This document shows, piece by piece, positions 1-9,439 of a DNA stretch of 64,000 nt; positions within the stretch are counted from its first letter, which is position 1; each line of letters begins with the position of its first letter. The position numbers and the translations under genes are program-made. Under the pieces are notes generated by a model. It was not told the origin of the DNA, did no database searches, and saw nothing but the letters and a program-made list of their open reading frames with translations. Location of the stretch: IMG/VR virus record IMGVR_UViG_3300036944_001324, positions 207,655-271,654 of that record. One strand, 5' to 3'.

Positions 1-1
1 G

Positions 2-1561
2 ATGGAACTGTTTAAACCAAGGGATCTTGGTAACTGGTCAGCTATGCGATTCGCTCATCTTTCTTGTGGGGCTCAATTTGCTTTGGCTGAGTGGCTCTGG
101 TGTTTTTCAGTTTTAAGACACTATCGTGAAAAAAGAGTTGCAGAACTCTACGAATCTCCAACTCTACGCTATTTCTTCGAAGATGGTTTTTACAGGCCAG
201 CTGATCCCGTTAGCGTCGATATCGCTACGCCTCGTGAGTACGGATTTTCTAACAGATTTACTAGACGATCCCGAGAAATGCGCACGGAGTTTGTAGGGCA
301 ACATTTTTCCATCGTGCCGAAACTGCGAAATCCAGATTTTGATAAAGGATGGGCATCGTCTACTGAAGACGATACCGAAACCTACGCCACGTACGCATAC
401 AGAACTGAAATATTTCACAACGCCATAAAGAAAATGACAAATCAAGCACCTCAAGCGCAAAACAACAACCTGACGACCGACGAACTTTACGTTCTGGCCA
501 TCATCCGACCTAACATCATGACGTCGGAAAACTACGCTTCGACGTTCATCCGTGACAACGATGTGTTTTTCACGTATGAACACATGGACCCTTCCAAAAA
601 GGTCATGTTATCCAATGTGGACGGCTGGAAGGCTTTCTATGCCGATCGTTTCCCAGGTTGCACAGTCAGCGTAGAGAAAGGCGTTCACAAGGGCGATGAA
701 GTGCATTCACTGCGGTTTGTAGTGATGACGTCAGAACGAAAAATGGTATTGGTCTGGCTGGTGGCTGGGGATACCTATTCCCTCCACTACAAAAATCTGA
801 AAGACGTCGAGGACCTGGTTAAATACATGCAAGGTATGCATGTGCCTAAAAAGCGAACCATCGTCCGCTGCTACTCAGGTGGCGACAAACTGATCACCAG
901 CTCGGTGACTGTTGATGGTAAGTACCAAATTCATGATGAGTTCTACCCGATGGTGGAACATATCGGCGGTATGAACGCTGTTCTGGACGGGTTCAAGAAG
1001 TCTTCCAGCAACCTGATGATCTTGGCGGGTCAATGGGGTGGTGGTAAGAGCGCTTTGTTCCAAGCATTGTGCTACAGCGACGAAAACGAAGCCAACAAGT
1101 ACTACCTCATAGACGACCCCGCGGTGTATTCCGACTCTGCTTTGTTTTCTTCATTGATCGGTAAGATCGAAACTAACACCCGTGAGGGCGTTACGTCGTA
1201 TCTGTTCCTGGAGGAAGCAGACGACTACATCCGCAGCAAGAAGAACAACCCCTTCTTGTCTCGTCTGGCCGCCTTGACGGCCGGTGCGGCGCCTCTCAAG
1301 CTCAAGATCATGACCGCCACTAACGACAGCAGCGAAAGCGAGATCGACAGCGCTCTCACGCGCGGCGGGCGCCTCTACGCGATGATCAAGTTCGGTCTGT
1401 TGACGCCCGAGCAAGCCAACACTTCTCGTGCAGTTTTGGATCTGAAACCACGTGAGTTCGACAAGAACGTTACGTTGGCTGAGGCGCTGACAGAAGCTCC
1501 GATCATCACCGGCGCTGGAACCACCAAGTCCAACCGCATTGCTGTGGGTTTCACATCGTGA
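2..1561 (+). CDS. AAA+ ATPase (C-terminal AAA domain); true start may lie upstream of window
   Basis: Walker A GQWGGGKS, Walker B LFLEEAD, sensor ATND, arginine finger RGGRL. Confidence 0.85.
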   Translation: MELFKPRDLGNWSAMRFAHLSCGAQFALAEWLWCFSVLRHYREKRVAELYESPTLRYFFEDGFYRPADPVSVDIATPREYGFSNRFTRRSREMRTEFVGQHFSIVPKLRNPDFDKGWASSTEDDTETYATYAYRTEIFHNAIKKMTNQAPQAQNNNLTTDELYVLAIIRPNIMTSENYASTFIRDNDVFFTYEHMDPSKKVMLSNVDGWKAFYADRFPGCTVSVEKGVHKGDEVHSLRFVVMTSERKMVLVWLVAGDTYSLHYKNLKDVEDLVKYMQGMHVPKKRTIVRCYSGGDKLITSSVTVDGKYQIHDEFYPMVEHIGGMNAVLDGFKKSSSNLMILAGQWGGGKSALFQALCYSDENEANKYYLIDDPAVYSDSALFSSLIGKIETNTREGVTSYLFLEEADDYIRSKKNNPFLSRLAALTAGAAPLKLKIMTATNDSSESEIDSALTRGGRLYAMIKFGLLTPEQANTSRAVLDLKPREFDKNVTLAEALTEAPIITGAGTTKSNRIAVGFTS

Positions 1562-1866
1562 AAACATACCATCGAGAAAAACTGACTGGTAAAACTTCTT
1601 ACCGGGAAGGTATTTTCGGTGGTTTGGTACTGACTGTGGAAGTAAAAGAGCAGACTGCAACAGGTACGCTCTTTTACGGCCTCGTGCCAGCCCCGCCGCC
1701 GTTTCATTACACCAATGAGCAAAAAGCTCAATGGAATCGAGAACAGTACGTCAAGACAGAAGACTCCTGGACTACTGTTCGAACTTTCTATCGGGATGCC
1801 AAGAAATCCGACATGGTTTTCTTGGAGCAACTAAAGAACCAAGGGCAAGAAAATGCAGATCAATAA
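1558..1866 (+). CDS. hypothetical protein
   Basis: GTG overlaps upstream TGA (coupled). Confidence 0.65.
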   Translation: MKTYHREKLTGKTSYREGIFGGLVLTVEVKEQTATGTLFYGLVPAPPPFHYTNEQKAQWNREQYVKTEDSWTTVRTFYRDAKKSDMVFLEQLKNQGQENADQ

Positions 1867-2584
1867 AGTGGCTCAGCGCCGTAAGCGACACCTGGCAGCT
1901 CGTCAAGTATCGCTGTTCAAACATTCGTATGTTTTGTACGATAACGCTCCTGAGGTGAAGTACGACACAAAACGCGGACCCGTCATCATTGCTGGTGAAC
2001 GCCAAACAGGTAAAACAGTAGCACTGATGCAGATGGCTATCGATCTCGTGCGAAACACACCGCATCCAGTAAGGGGAAAACGAAACCTGATTGTTATCTC
2101 TGTTAGTAACGAGGTCGTTGATAGCATTTGGTGTTTGCTCTACTCGCTGATGCTCACAGGTGTTCCTGGCAAACAGATCACAGGACCACGTACTTCTGAA
2201 ATGCTGTTGAAACAATGGCTCAAGAGTTTCAAGATTGACGTTGTGATTGGGTCAGAGCGCGCACTCAACATAGAGCCAACTAATTACGAAGTCATCCACA
2301 GACTCAACGACGCGCCAGAGCAGCACGGCACGATGTGGCCCGGGATGGGGTATTTCGTTCCGGGTGTACGCTGTACGACTATAGCGAAATACAAGCGCGA
2401 ACAAGCGTTCTCTTACGAATGTTCGATGAGATTCTTGTTCGCTTCTCAAATCGTAATCGAGACTTCAATAATCGGTAACGATGAAATCGGACACATGGTC
2501 AGAGGCACGCTTGCACGCGCGCAGACTATGCCGACTGGTCATAGTTTCACCATTGGCTTCCTTCCCAAGAAGACCAATGGCTGA
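1853..2584 (+). CDS. P-loop-containing protein (possibly degenerate NTPase)
   Basis: Walker A IIAGERQTGKT; no clear Walker B. Confidence 0.6.
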   Translation: MQINKVAQRRKRHLAARQVSLFKHSYVLYDNAPEVKYDTKRGPVIIAGERQTGKTVALMQMAIDLVRNTPHPVRGKRNLIVISVSNEVVDSIWCLLYSLMLTGVPGKQITGPRTSEMLLKQWLKSFKIDVVIGSERALNIEPTNYEVIHRLNDAPEQHGTMWPGMGYFVPGVRCTTIAKYKREQAFSYECSMRFLFASQIVIETSIIGNDEIGHMVRGTLARAQTMPTGHSFTIGFLPKKTNG

Positions 2585-2658
2585 TCCCTCCACATGGGTA
2601 TACAGACCCCGTTACGGCGGGCTCTTAGATGACATCACACATCAACTCAAGCAAAGGA

Positions 2659-2967
2659 ATGAAGATGCCCATACGCGATCACGAATCGAATCGTCAACGC
2701 CAACCACGGCGTTTCAGTCGCAAGGTCCGCAAGACGCTGCAAAACGCTTACCGGAAGTACCTCAATGATTCCCGGGCAAAGATCCGTGAAGATATCCGAC
2801 GACTGATGCAGTTGAACCGTACCATCGTCCTGAAGAATCGCAAGCGTTCCAACAAGATCGGCATAGCCGCACAACCTTGCTCTTCTTATCGCGAGAAGAA
2901 TCCCGAGTTTGGTAACATCGTCATCATTGACTGTCACGGCAGTCACATGATCAGCAAAGCGGGATAA
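2659..2967 (+). CDS. basic hypothetical protein
   Basis: AAGGA RBS before ATG 2659; Arg/Lys-rich. Confidence 0.6.
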   Translation: MKMPIRDHESNRQRQPRRFSRKVRKTLQNAYRKYLNDSRAKIREDIRRLMQLNRTIVLKNRKRSNKIGIAAQPCSSYREKNPEFGNIVIIDCHGSHMISKAG

Positions 2968-3025
2968 CCATGTCAAAATGACCATCAATGAACTGTTGGT
3001 CCAAGAAATAAACGGGTAAAAATCA

Positions 3026-3412
3026 ATGACATCAAATTTACTGATTGTTTGGGTATTCCTAGTATCGATTACAGCCGTCGTTGCTGCTGTCAGTGCGGTG
3101 AAGTTCAAGCTGGACGTTGCAGAGTTTTTTGCCGTGGGGTTTGTCGCTCTGATTTTGATGCCTGCTCTTTACTTACAACTAATGGCGCTGTATCAGTCAC
3201 TGACTGTTCAAGAATACAGGATGTTTATCGATGCTTCCATATTCCCTGCACAGGCCGTGTGGTTCGGGTTCATGCTGGGGGTCATGGCGGTTTGGATGCT
3301 CTGGATATTCACCGGTAAACATTCACAAAAAGCCCTCTTCATCTCACTTGCCATCGTTACGGTGATTGGTGTCGTTTCGGCGTCAATTATTCATTTTGTT
3401 CTCACTAAGTAA
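3026..3412 (+). CDS. membrane protein (about 4 TM helices)
   Basis: multiple hydrophobic stretches. Confidence 0.7.
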   Translation: MTSNLLIVWVFLVSITAVVAAVSAVKFKLDVAEFFAVGFVALILMPALYLQLMALYQSLTVQEYRMFIDASIFPAQAVWFGFMLGVMAVWMLWIFTGKHSQKALFISLAIVTVIGVVSASIIHFVLTK

Positions 3413-3417
3413 CTCCC

Positions 3418-3627
3418 ATGGAAAAACATATCAAATTCCTGCGCTTCATCGCCTTTATCCTGTTCATGGGGTTTCTTTACTTCGTGTTCAGAGCCTATGA
3501 CACCGGATGGATTTTCAACGTGAGTATTGGAACGTTCTTCCTGCTCGCTTTGGCGATCTCTACCGTTGTTTACTTCTTCATCGGGCCTGCACTCAAGTGG
3601 CTCTTCCCAACCAAGGACAAAAAGTGA
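3418..3627 (+). CDS. small membrane protein (2 TM)
   Basis: two hydrophobic segments; stop overlaps next GTG. Confidence 0.7.
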   Translation: MEKHIKFLRFIAFILFMGFLYFVFRAYDTGWIFNVSIGTFFLLALAISTVVYFFIGPALKWLFPTKDKK

Positions 3628-4340
3628 TCAAAACTTTGAAACTGTTTTCTCTGCTGCTGGTTGCAGCTTTTCTGGTGGCTTGTAACAAGGCGCCCAGCAA
3701 CGTACACGTGATCAACACCACGGACTGTGGGGTCACTTGGAAGCAGATCCCTACGGGGTCTGCGGTGCCCAAGACCCCGATGCATTGCGAGTACAACGTC
3801 GCGTTGCCTAACTGGCCGATGGCCGGTGATGCCGAGTTCCGAACACAGTTCCAAAAGAACGTGATGGCCAAGGTACGCATCAGCTACACGTACGAGATCG
3901 ATGATCCTGTTATGTACGTGAAGGAAGCACGCTACCTCGGCAAAATGGGCGGGTCTCTCGAACTGTCGGCCAGCAGCGTTGGTGATCAGTACGAGCTGGC
4001 CGAGAACATCATCATCGACAAACGCTTTCGTGAGATCATGACCGAGATCACACGCAACATCGATGTGATCACGTTTGACTCAGCCAAGCTCGAAGCCCAG
4101 GTGGAAAAAGAAATCACCGATCACCTGAAGAAGAACGGCATCAGTATGGGTGACATCGCTATGGTGATCGAGCTCGATGAGTTGACGCGTCTTTCCATCG
4201 ATACGGTGACGGCCATTCGTTTGTTCGAATCGGCTGGTGCTGCGGAAGTGGGGCGTGAAGTTCTCAAAGGTCGCGCTAGCGCTACCCGCATCATCGTCAG
4301 CAACGATCAACCGTCCAAACAAGCTAGTTCCAAAGACTAG
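3624..4340 (+). CDS. lipoprotein, SPFH/Band-7-like
   Basis: GTG start, lipobox FLVAC; SPFH-like pattern (VRISYTYEIDDP...REIMTEI...LEAQVEKEITDHLKKNGI) recognised by eye. Confidence 0.55.
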   Translation: MIKTLKLFSLLLVAAFLVACNKAPSNVHVINTTDCGVTWKQIPTGSAVPKTPMHCEYNVALPNWPMAGDAEFRTQFQKNVMAKVRISYTYEIDDPVMYVKEARYLGKMGGSLELSASSVGDQYELAENIIIDKRFREIMTEITRNIDVITFDSAKLEAQVEKEITDHLKKNGISMGDIAMVIELDELTRLSIDTVTAIRLFESAGAAEVGREVLKGRASATRIIVSNDQPSKQASSKD

Positions 4341-4492
4341 CGTTTCCCGAAAGAAGTTTCGCATGAATCCTCAAGGAATGCCATTCGCTTCGTACATGAT
4401 CGAAAGACTCATGAACGCGGTGTACAACAGCAAAGGTGCCGTGATGGCGCAGAAGGGGTCCACCGGACCTCCTGCAGCCCAGGAGAAGCATC

Positions 4493-4762
4493 TTGCAAAA
4501 ACATCATCGCGGCGAACGCCGCTTCCAAACTGAACGCCTGAAAAAGAAGCGTCAGTTCTATTGGGGTTATAGTCCAGATAGCCCTTTTGAAGAAACGCGA
4601 GTTATGTCTATTATCCAATTGTCACGAGTGGTACAGAATCCTGCTATCTGCTCGTGTGGTCTTTGTGGTCACGCAGCCCGTGGTTACTATGGAAATGGTT
4701 GGGAAGGCAAAACTGTGCAAGAACTGTCAGATCTGGAAGTGATTCGTAAACATCTGGTCTGA
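4493..4762 (+). CDS. small basic phage protein with CSCxxC motif
   Basis: AGGAG RBS, TTG start; HRGERRFQTERLKKKR and CSCGLCG. Confidence 0.65.
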   Translation: MQKHHRGERRFQTERLKKKRQFYWGYSPDSPFEETRVMSIIQLSRVVQNPAICSCGLCGHAARGYYGNGWEGKTVQELSDLEVIRKHLV

Positions 4763-4773
4763 TTACACTAGCA

Positions 4774-4812
4774 GCATAAAACGAGGTGGGGAAACCCACC
4801 TCGTATGCCGTC
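4774..4812 (+). terminator. hairpin terminator, CATA...TATG class
   Basis: GCATAAA ACGAGGTGGG GAAA CCCACCTCGT ATGCC. Confidence 0.8.
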
Positions 4813-4898
4813 TGTAAATGCTTGCTAATAAATAAATCTTGGTCATATATGATCGCTGTGCGTTAAGTCGCCATTCACTATTTTTAAAGGAAGTCGTT

Positions 4899-6185
4899 AT
4901 GACAAAAGTAGGACAAAAGAAAGCCGATAAGACTGAAGCGGTAACCAGTGCAGCAACTGGTCCAGAACTGACCACAGCAGCAACGCTGGGCAGTGAATTC
5001 AAAATGAGTGGTGCGAGCGTTACCAAGCATCTCGAAAATGCCAAGGTGCCAGTCGCATCTACCATGGTGTCCGGCAAGCGTAACTTTGTCTTCTACGACA
5101 AGGCCAAAGCCACAGCCGCTATCAAAGCACAGATCGCTGAGAAGGCCAGGATCGAAGCTGAGAAGGCACGGGCTAAGGAAGCTGCAAAACAGCGTACAGC
5201 TGAAAAGTCCGAGTCGAAGCCTGCAGAACAAACAGCAATAGCTGTTCCGGGTGACGTCAGCAGAATTGCGGCCAACGTTGGCGCTCTGCAGGATCTGGTA
5301 ATGCTGCATCAGGACATCGCGACCAAGCAGTTCGATCTCCTGAACATGAAGGCGGACCGCCTGGAAAAGAAGCAAGTCAACCTCGACAAGGACGTGTTGG
5401 CCGCTGCTGTGAAAACGGCAATGGGTGACGGTCTGGCAACTGTGACTTCTGCTATTCGCCGTCAGCGCGAAGATGCTGACAAGGAGTTCAATGCTCAGCG
5501 TTTGGCTGTCGAGGCGCAGTTTGTGAAAGTCACCAGCCAGCTCGATAACTTGCTTCAGCGGGTTTCGGCCTTGACAGATGTTGTTGGTGCGTTGGAAAAC
5601 ACCATCCTCGCCATTCACACAGCTCCGGAGCCACAAGCTCCTATTGCTGAGTCCAACAAGAGCGGGGAGGCGAATCAGGAACAACATTTTTTTCAAAGCG
5701 GCCAGGGCGACAAGCCAGAAGTACCAAAGGATCAAAACTCCTCGCATAAAGACGCGGACGTTGTTCCTGCAGGTTCTGGTAAAGCTCGGCGCCAACTTGA
5801 ACAGGTCCTACGTGATGGACAGTTCGGCAAAGGCACAGACGCGATTAGTGGCGATTATCAAAAATCACCAAGCGATGAAAAAGCTGTTACGGATGCCGGA
5901 CCAAAGCCTCGAGTCCTGATCTTGGGTCTGCACGACAATAAGGTCCGTCATATCGCTAGCTTTAAAAGCAAGCTCGATATGACGATTTTCAACCCTGATG
6001 AAGCAACCACTCGGATGGGTAAGACACCTCCAAAGGCGGACTACATTATCCAGATGATCGATTACATCTCTCACACCGTCAGCAACAAAGTTGACGCTGG
6101 ATTGGAGAGCATTCTGATCAGTGGTGGATTGTCGACGCTGCGTCGTGAGCTCAACAAGATCGTGAAAAAGCACCAGCCGGCATAA
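4899..6185 (+). CDS. N-terminal HTH-like, coiled coil, C-terminal DUF2325-like domain protein
   Basis: AATLGSEFKMSGASVTKHL (HTH-like); RVLILG...ADYIIQMIDYISH...SGGLSTLRREL (DUF2325-like). Confidence 0.6.
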   Translation: MTKVGQKKADKTEAVTSAATGPELTTAATLGSEFKMSGASVTKHLENAKVPVASTMVSGKRNFVFYDKAKATAAIKAQIAEKARIEAEKARAKEAAKQRTAEKSESKPAEQTAIAVPGDVSRIAANVGALQDLVMLHQDIATKQFDLLNMKADRLEKKQVNLDKDVLAAAVKTAMGDGLATVTSAIRRQREDADKEFNAQRLAVEAQFVKVTSQLDNLLQRVSALTDVVGALENTILAIHTAPEPQAPIAESNKSGEANQEQHFFQSGQGDKPEVPKDQNSSHKDADVVPAGSGKARRQLEQVLRDGQFGKGTDAISGDYQKSPSDEKAVTDAGPKPRVLILGLHDNKVRHIASFKSKLDMTIFNPDEATTRMGKTPPKADYIIQMIDYISHTVSNKVDAGLESILISGGLSTLRRELNKIVKKHQPA

Positions 6186-6222
6186 AAGGTAGCTAGGGAA
6201 GCTTTTGCTTCCCTAGCCTTCT
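6179..6222 (+). terminator. hairpin terminator
   Basis: GCTAGGGAAGC TTTT GCTTCCCTAGC preceded by GGCATAA. Confidence 0.8.
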
Positions 6223-6258
6223 ATTCAATTTTTTGTTTCAAAGATAGTGAGAATCGCA

Positions 6259-7092
6259 ATGAATCAAGAAGTTAAAATTACTGTTCTCAAAGCAGTACGT
6301 CAGCCTAAGCCACTTACCGCAAGAGCACCCGCATCTTCTCTACAAGAACACCGACTGGCTTTCTTGGCAGCGAATAACAAGAGTGGCTTTGCACTAGATG
6401 AACTAGGTTCAGATGTACAGAAAGTTGACAGTCTCTTCGACGTCTTCTTTTTGGTGCGAAGCGTTCAGACGTTAGACAAACCTTTTATAGATCTCTTGAT
6501 AAAAAGAATCAAGTGTATTTTGAACAGCAACAGTTTAGACTGCGGAAGAAACGACGCTCGGACGATTATCTACAGGACGCTTGGTTTTCCATCTAAAAAA
6601 GCGTTTGACGCCGCCTGCGTCAAGAAAAACTACCAAGAGTTCTGGGTAAACCCCAAGTACATGGCACCAATGTCTGACTTCAACCTGGAAAAGGAAATCG
6701 TTAGATCAGATCCAAATACAGAGGCTTTCCTTGGTCGTATAAATGACGGCTTTAAGAAGTCTGGAGAGAGGGCCTTTTACCCGGATCTGCCTTGGAAACA
6801 AGTTCTATCATTAATCGAGCTGTTATTGGAACACCAGGGTAAGGTGCCGCAGCAGAAAGTTCGAAACGTGAGTCGGGTGATTACTCAACAGAGTAAAAAT
6901 GTAATTCACCACACTGAGGCGCTGACGATTCTTGCGAGGCTTTTAGGCTACGAAACGTGGCCCAAAGCGTTCAATTCGACTGCAGGCGGTTTCATCAAGT
7001 GTCGCCGGTATCCTCACTTCTATACCAAGCTTCTTGAGGAGTTTGGTCATCTAAGCATGAAAAATCAGTACAAAGAAAATGACAGCAAATAA
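6259..7092 (+). CDS. hypothetical protein with Glyoxalase_8-like helical motif(s)
   Basis: IHHTEALTILARLLGYETW plus degenerate copy DARTIIYRTLGFPS. Confidence 0.5.
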   Translation: MNQEVKITVLKAVRQPKPLTARAPASSLQEHRLAFLAANNKSGFALDELGSDVQKVDSLFDVFFLVRSVQTLDKPFIDLLIKRIKCILNSNSLDCGRNDARTIIYRTLGFPSKKAFDAACVKKNYQEFWVNPKYMAPMSDFNLEKEIVRSDPNTEAFLGRINDGFKKSGERAFYPDLPWKQVLSLIELLLEHQGKVPQQKVRNVSRVITQQSKNVIHHTEALTILARLLGYETWPKAFNSTAGGFIKCRRYPHFYTKLLEEFGHLSMKNQYKENDSK

Positions 7093-7345
7093 AACTGTTA
7101 AAGCACTAGTCATTGTTCGTCACTGGATCACCGACCATGTTGTTCGAGACACCGTCGAATTCGATACAGAGATTGACACGACAGACGAGACCCTGGCGGT
7201 TGCCAAGGTTATCGATAATTACACAGCTTTCTTGTGTAATGAGACCAAGGTCAAGAAGAACCCCGAGTACGACTGGGCGCAAGCCTACGTCAAGGCCAAG
7301 ACAGATGAGTTGACCCGCTGCTACCTTGAAGTGGTCATTGTTTAG
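7079..7345 (+). CDS. hypothetical protein
   Basis: coupled to upstream gene. Confidence 0.65.
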   Translation: MTANKTVKALVIVRHWITDHVVRDTVEFDTEIDTTDETLAVAKVIDNYTAFLCNETKVKKNPEYDWAQAYVKAKTDELTRCYLEVVIV

Positions 7346-7363
7346 TTAAAGGAAGAATGAGTT

Positions 7364-7978
7364 ATGAAAAACGCTGTAAAAATATATCCTGTCTTCAAAG
7401 ACACCGGATCGTCTCCTACTGCTGATGCGTTTGTAGACGCATCTGTGCTGTGCCCTTGGCCGTTCCTGCTCCCTGATGGAAGCAGCGGGCTTACCAGCGC
7501 CCTGAAGGTTAACAAGGCTGTCGATCTGATTGGCATTTCACAAAGTGAAGACATGCTGAAGTCAGGTCTGACGAGGATTAGTGACTGTATTGCTCCTGAT
7601 ATCTACATCGGGAGCATTGTCGCGAACCTTCGCACCATCGACGCCTTCGGGGTGTACATCATCGACACGTCCGAAAACCCTCAAAGGAACTTTGTTGCCC
7701 ATCCCGACAGCAACGACAAAATACGGCATCTCAAGATGCGCGCTAACCACATTGTCAACTTGAAAGGACATCTTGTTGAATTTGCTGTCTTGTTGTCCGG
7801 GCAGGTTAAGTTGGACACGGGTGAGTTCGAAGTTACACCCCTTGGTATCGAATTAGTGGGTGTTACCAATAGCGACGGAGATGGCGTTAGTGACGCCACC
7901 AAAGCCAATTTCGAACAGCTCGTAAAACGAATCCAAATTCTGGGCGTCGTACCCGTTTTCTCGTTGGTCGACGCCTAG
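7364..7978 (+). CDS. stand-alone paralog of the central domain of phiKZ-like major capsid protein
   Basis: TSALKVNKAVDLIGISQSEDMLKSG and LLSGQVKLDTGEFEV...VGVTNSDGDGV resemble phiKZ-like MCP segments (from recall, not a search); only 204 aa. Confidence 0.55.
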   Translation: MKNAVKIYPVFKDTGSSPTADAFVDASVLCPWPFLLPDGSSGLTSALKVNKAVDLIGISQSEDMLKSGLTRISDCIAPDIYIGSIVANLRTIDAFGVYIIDTSENPQRNFVAHPDSNDKIRHLKMRANHIVNLKGHLVEFAVLLSGQVKLDTGEFEVTPLGIELVGVTNSDGDGVSDATKANFEQLVKRIQILGVVPVFSLVDA

Positions 7979-8001
7979 CCTTACGTTTGTGAAAGGTTAA
8001 A

Positions 8002-8478
8002 ATGTCTAATCAAACTAAGACGGGTCGAACGTTTAATGACCTTGACATCGGTTCCATGTATGCTTACGCGGCGCCTTCTCCAGAAATAGCTGCGCGTGAT
8101 AAGGAAAACAAAACACGCAAGACGTGTGACATTCACCTTAAACGCATCGCAGATGAACGCAAGGAATACTTCAGTCAAAACGGCCTGGAGGAAACTTATA
8201 CCCACTCTGACGCCCCTGAGGTCACGATCATTTCTTGGAGCGCATACGCCGGTCGCTACCAAGAGATGCTGCTGACAGAGTGCCTGAAGGCTGGCATAAC
8301 ACTGTCTTGGGACGAATCTATCGCCATCATCGACGAGCTAGTGGCTAATACCAGCGATATCCCCGGAATGGATGCCGATCCGAAGGAATGGGTAGCTAAC
8401 GCCATGAAGCTCAACAAACTCATGAAGGCAGGCGTTGAGCTTGTTGTTAACTTTCTTTCACCACGCGCCGCAAAATAA
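8002..8478 (+). CDS. hypothetical protein
   Basis: AAAGG RBS; 158 aa; followed by terminator. Confidence 0.7.
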   Translation: MSNQTKTGRTFNDLDIGSMYAYAAPSPEIAARDKENKTRKTCDIHLKRIADERKEYFSQNGLEETYTHSDAPEVTIISWSAYAGRYQEMLLTECLKAGITLSWDESIAIIDELVANTSDIPGMDADPKEWVANAMKLNKLMKAGVELVVNFLSPRAAK

Positions 8479-8479
8479 T

Positions 8480-8550
8480 GGGTCAGCTTTGACGCCATAC
8501 AGGAGGACCTTTCGGGGTCCTCCTTTTATGTCGATTCTATTTTTTCTTGG
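8480..8550 (+). repeat. 71-bp direct repeat copy 1 (terminator + T-tract, just upstream of putative early promoter)
   Basis: 67/71 identical to 10019..10089. Confidence 0.9.
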
Positions 8551-8653
8551 TCACATATGCTTTCTGGGAGATAGAGAGAAAAAATCTTTAAAGCATAGTT
8601 GAGTGTTGGTCGCATCAACTGTGTTCCCCTTTCACAGACTACAGGAGACAGTC

Positions 8654-8941
8654 ATGGCTACAATCGCATCCCTTATCGATACCGTGGGTAATGGTATCGG
8701 CGCCTTGAATAAGGATCTCGCATGGCGAGACTCTATTCATACGCGTGTATATGCAGCTGTCAAGGCTGACTTATACTTCCCCATCTTTAGCCACCCTAAT
8801 TCCAAGGGTGCTATGGATTGTGCTGACTTCGTTCTGCGCGGTCAGGGCGGTATCGTGGAAATCGACCATAATCGCAAGATGGCCGAACACCACGTCCAAG
8901 TGCTGGAATGCGAAATGGCTGTCAGAGCCGTCGCAGCATAA
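8654..8941 (+). CDS. hypothetical protein
   Basis: AGGAG RBS before ATG 8654. Confidence 0.7.
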   Translation: MATIASLIDTVGNGIGALNKDLAWRDSIHTRVYAAVKADLYFPIFSHPNSKGAMDCADFVLRGQGGIVEIDHNRKMAEHHVQVLECEMAVRAVAA

Positions 8942-9022
8942 CCAGTACAGCTCACACCACTAGAGCATATTAGTGGTATAAACTTCATTCATTTTTAACT
9001 GTCCACTTTAAGGAGTATCCTC

Positions 9023-9349
9023 ATGTTCGAATCTTTCAATGCCGATTTCTTCGGCATGTGTCTTTTGTTCGGCTTGGCTTGTCAGCTGAGTATCGAAGTC
9101 CTGGTCTTTGGTTGGGAACGAGGTTCGCGGCGGCTGAATAAGGAAATCTGGGTGGACTTGCTCAAAACCCAGAAAAACAAACGCCGCATTAGTTGCGCGT
9201 TTGTTTTGTCGTTTGCAGCTGTGTGGGTGTTTGGGTTCTTCATGTTCCCATTGGAAATAGCAGTAGCGACCTTGATTTGTAGTTTGTCTTGGGTTGTCAG
9301 CTTGTACTTCACCTACTGCGGCGGTGCTGAGTCATTCGCCGAACGCTAA
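9023..9349 (+). CDS. membrane protein
   Basis: AAGGAG RBS; 3 hydrophobic segments. Confidence 0.7.
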   Translation: MFESFNADFFGMCLLFGLACQLSIEVLVFGWERGSRRLNKEIWVDLLKTQKNKRRISCAFVLSFAAVWVFGFFMFPLEIAVATLICSLSWVVSLYFTYCGGAESFAER

Positions 9350-9439
9350 CTTCAGCGTTCATTCACAGCTTTTTTCCTGCCCTGCTATTAAAGGGATTAG
9401 GCATGGAATACCTCCAGCCATTTTCTAAAGGAAAAATAT

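Noticed and set aside
4237-4533. ORF overlapping the SPFH gene end and the 4493 gene
   Set aside because: Overlaps two better-supported genes and lacks a good RBS; the region is better explained as non-coding or structured.
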